64,000 nucleotides of DNA from an uncultured delta proteobacterium (GTDB lineage Bacteria > Desulfobacterota > Binatia > Binatales > Binataceae), in assembly GCA_963721485.1 (NCBI GenBank), contig CAVRJV010000014.1, positions 6,373 to 70,372 of the forward strand. The letters run 5' to 3'. Shown here one piece after another: positions 62,478 through 64,000 of this stretch. Under the pieces are notes generated by a model. The model was not told where the DNA came from, did not search any database, and worked only from the letters and a program-made list of their open reading frames with translations. Made by a program: the position numbers and the translations under genes. How positions within the stretch are numbered: position 1 is the stretch's first letter; each line of letters starts with the position of its first letter.

Positions 62478-63461
62478 GGCGGCACCAGAGTACTATACCT
62501 GCAAGCGTCTCGCAGAACCACTTCCGCCAGCGCGGCGGCGCGCTCGGGAGTGGCCATGATCGTGTCGGTGGCGACCGCGCGCATCCCCAGCCGCTCGATC
62601 GATTCGACGTAGCGCCGGTCGGCGTTGTCGAGCACGAACAGCCCGACGATATCGCGATAGAGGCGCGCGACTCCGAGCGGCGAGACTTCCAGCCCGAGTC
62701 CGCGCAGCATTTTGTCGGCGGGACCTTTGATGGTCTTGCCGCCGACGATCGGACTGATCGCCGCGACGCGCGACTTCACCCGGCGCAGCGCCTCGCGCAC
62801 GCCCGTCAATTGCAGAATCGGGCCGAGCGAGACGAACGGATTCGACGGCGCGAGGATCACCGCGGCGGATTTGCGAATCGCCGTCGAGCACTGCGGGAGT
62901 AGGGCGCGCTGCGCCGATGCCGCGCAGCTCGATCTTCTCGACGACGCCGCGCGCGCGTCCGCGCACGAAATATTCCTGGAACGGGATCGCTCGCCGCCCG
63001 CGCAGTTTCACGAAGGTCCGCACGCGATCGTCGCTCATCGGCAGGATTCGCGATTTGACGCTGAATGCGTCGCGCGATTTCCGCGTGATGCGGCTGAGCG
63101 ACACGCCCTGGCGCATCCGCTCGGTGCGATACAGATGCGTGGCGAGGTCGCGATCGCCGAGTCCGAACCACGGCTTGCCGTAAAAGCGCTCGAGCGCCGG
63201 CAGCACGTTGAAGGATTCGCCCTCGAGGCCCCATCCCTGTGCGCGATTCACCGCGCCCGCGAGCGTGTAGGTGACGGTGTCGATGTCGGGCGAGACGTGC
63301 AGCCCGTAAAAGGTCTCGTCGTCGCCGGTGTTGACGACGACGGTCAGCCGCGCGGGATCGATACGCCGAACCAGCCCGCGGATGAACTTAGCCGCACCCA
63401 CTCCCCCCGCTAGCGTGGTGATCTGCCGGGGCGGGAGGGGTCGCGATTGGCCGCGCGCCAT
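62465..63461 (-). CDS. cofD: 2-phospho-L-lactate transferase; one frame break near 62880
   Basis: TTLAGGVGAAKFIRGL, NTGDDE and ILAPSNPFVSLGPIL. 13-nt overlap with cofE. Confidence 0.8.
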
Positions 63462-64000
63462 TGGGTGCCTTTCTTCCGTAGAGCTTTTTGTAGAGCGTGG
63501 TGCGTTCGACCGCGACGCGGCCCATCTCGCGCGCCTTTTCCTCGAACAGATCGACCGGGACGAACTCGCCCGAGTCGCCGCCGGCCTGCGCCGTGATGCT
63601 TTCCTCCATCAGCGTGCCCGACAAATCGTTGCATCCGGCCTTGAGCGTGAGCGCCGCGAGATCGATGCCGCACTTCACCCACGAGGTCTGGATGTTGTCG
63701 ATTTGCCCGCGCAGGAACAGCCGCGAAGTCGCGTACATCTGGAAATCGAGCTGCCCGCGATCGACCGGCGACACCAGGCCCTTGCGATAGAGCATCGTGT
63801 TCTGATGGATGAAGCGCAGCGGCACGAACTCGGTGAAGCCATGCGTCTGCTTCTGGATCGTGCGCAGCAAGTCGAGATGATTGACGACGTGCTGCGGACT
63901 CTCGACGTGCCCGTACATGACGGTTGAGGTCGTCGGCACGCCGACCGCATGCGCGGTGGTGATGATCTCGACCCACGCGGCGACGTCGACTTTCTTGTGA
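63388..64000 (-). CDS. cofH: FO synthase radical SAM subunit CofH (or the C-terminal half of FbiC); 5' part off-window
   Basis: VPTTSTVMYGHVESPQHVVNHLDLLRTIQKQTHGFTEFVPLRF and GCNDLSGTLMEESI. The last ~25 codons overlap the cofD start and may be out of frame. Confidence 0.7.
   Translation of the reverse strand, partial: HKKVDVAAWVEIITTAHAVGVPTTSTVMYGHVESPQHVVNHLDLLRTIQKQTHGFTEFVPLRFIHQNTMLYRKGLVSPVDRGQLDFQMYATSRLFLRGQIDNIQTSWVKCGIDLAALTLKAGCNDLSGTLMEESITAQAGGDSGEFVPVDLFEEKAREMGRVAVERTTLYKKLYGRKAPNGARPIATPPAPADHHASGGSGCG

Overview
GC-rich bacterial chromosomal segment with about 65 protein-coding genes. I found no rRNA, tRNA or CRISPR array.

Gene content, left to right:
- a nitrate-reductase-associated gene
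- an NAD-dependent formate dehydrogenase operon, fdsG-fdsB-fdsA-fdhD, with an FdsD-like domain fused to the FdsA C-terminus
- a methyltransferase, a radical SAM enzyme, a secreted double-SH3b protein, an MFS transporter, vapBC and thiE
- a sigma-54 response regulator and a PAS histidine kinase flanking mntP
- a lytic transglycosylase, moeA, a LapA-like gene and ispF
- a 2.0-kb IS1595-family element carrying two cargo ORFs
- a methyltransferase and an FmdB zinc-ribbon gene
- an ECF transporter (QueT-like S component, fused ATPase, T component) followed by a deoxyhypusine-synthase-like gene
- an MBL-rhodanese fusion, a YciI-like gene, two family III CoA-transferases, an SMP-30 lactonase and pepP
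- a six-gene minus-strand operon (DsbA/HCCA isomerase, MAPEG, two hotdog enzymes, a Cys-rich lipoprotein, DUF4336)
- an orphan Flp pilin, an EamA transporter, uppP, a lipoprotein, an FAD oxidoreductase, glyA and an F420-type LLM oxidoreductase
- an aryl-acid cluster (heme-oxygenase-like protein, EntE-like ligase, TetR, PaaA-like di-iron protein, two SDRs)
- a Spy/CpxP-like gene and a PEP-mutase/ICL-family gene
- one long minus-strand array: cofH-cofD-cofE, polyprenyl synthase, FAD monooxygenase, O-methyltransferase, POTRA-only protein, imuA-imuB-dnaE2

Two things dominate the window.
1. By eye I traced well over 40 one-nucleotide frame breaks inside otherwise well-conserved genes. They are clustered rather than evenly spread, and they look more like assembly indels than biology. 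Gene coordinates below therefore span the reconstructed gene, not a single ORF.
2. There are two families of hairpin repeats (REP/MITE-like). One family is the insertion target of the IS element, and a 49-nt copy sits inside imuA exactly where its reading frame breaks.

I did not recognise an unambiguous novel multi-gene system. The most promising accessory candidates are the IS cargo pair, the aryl-acid/di-iron cluster and the ECF-plus-deoxyhypusine-synthase-like module.
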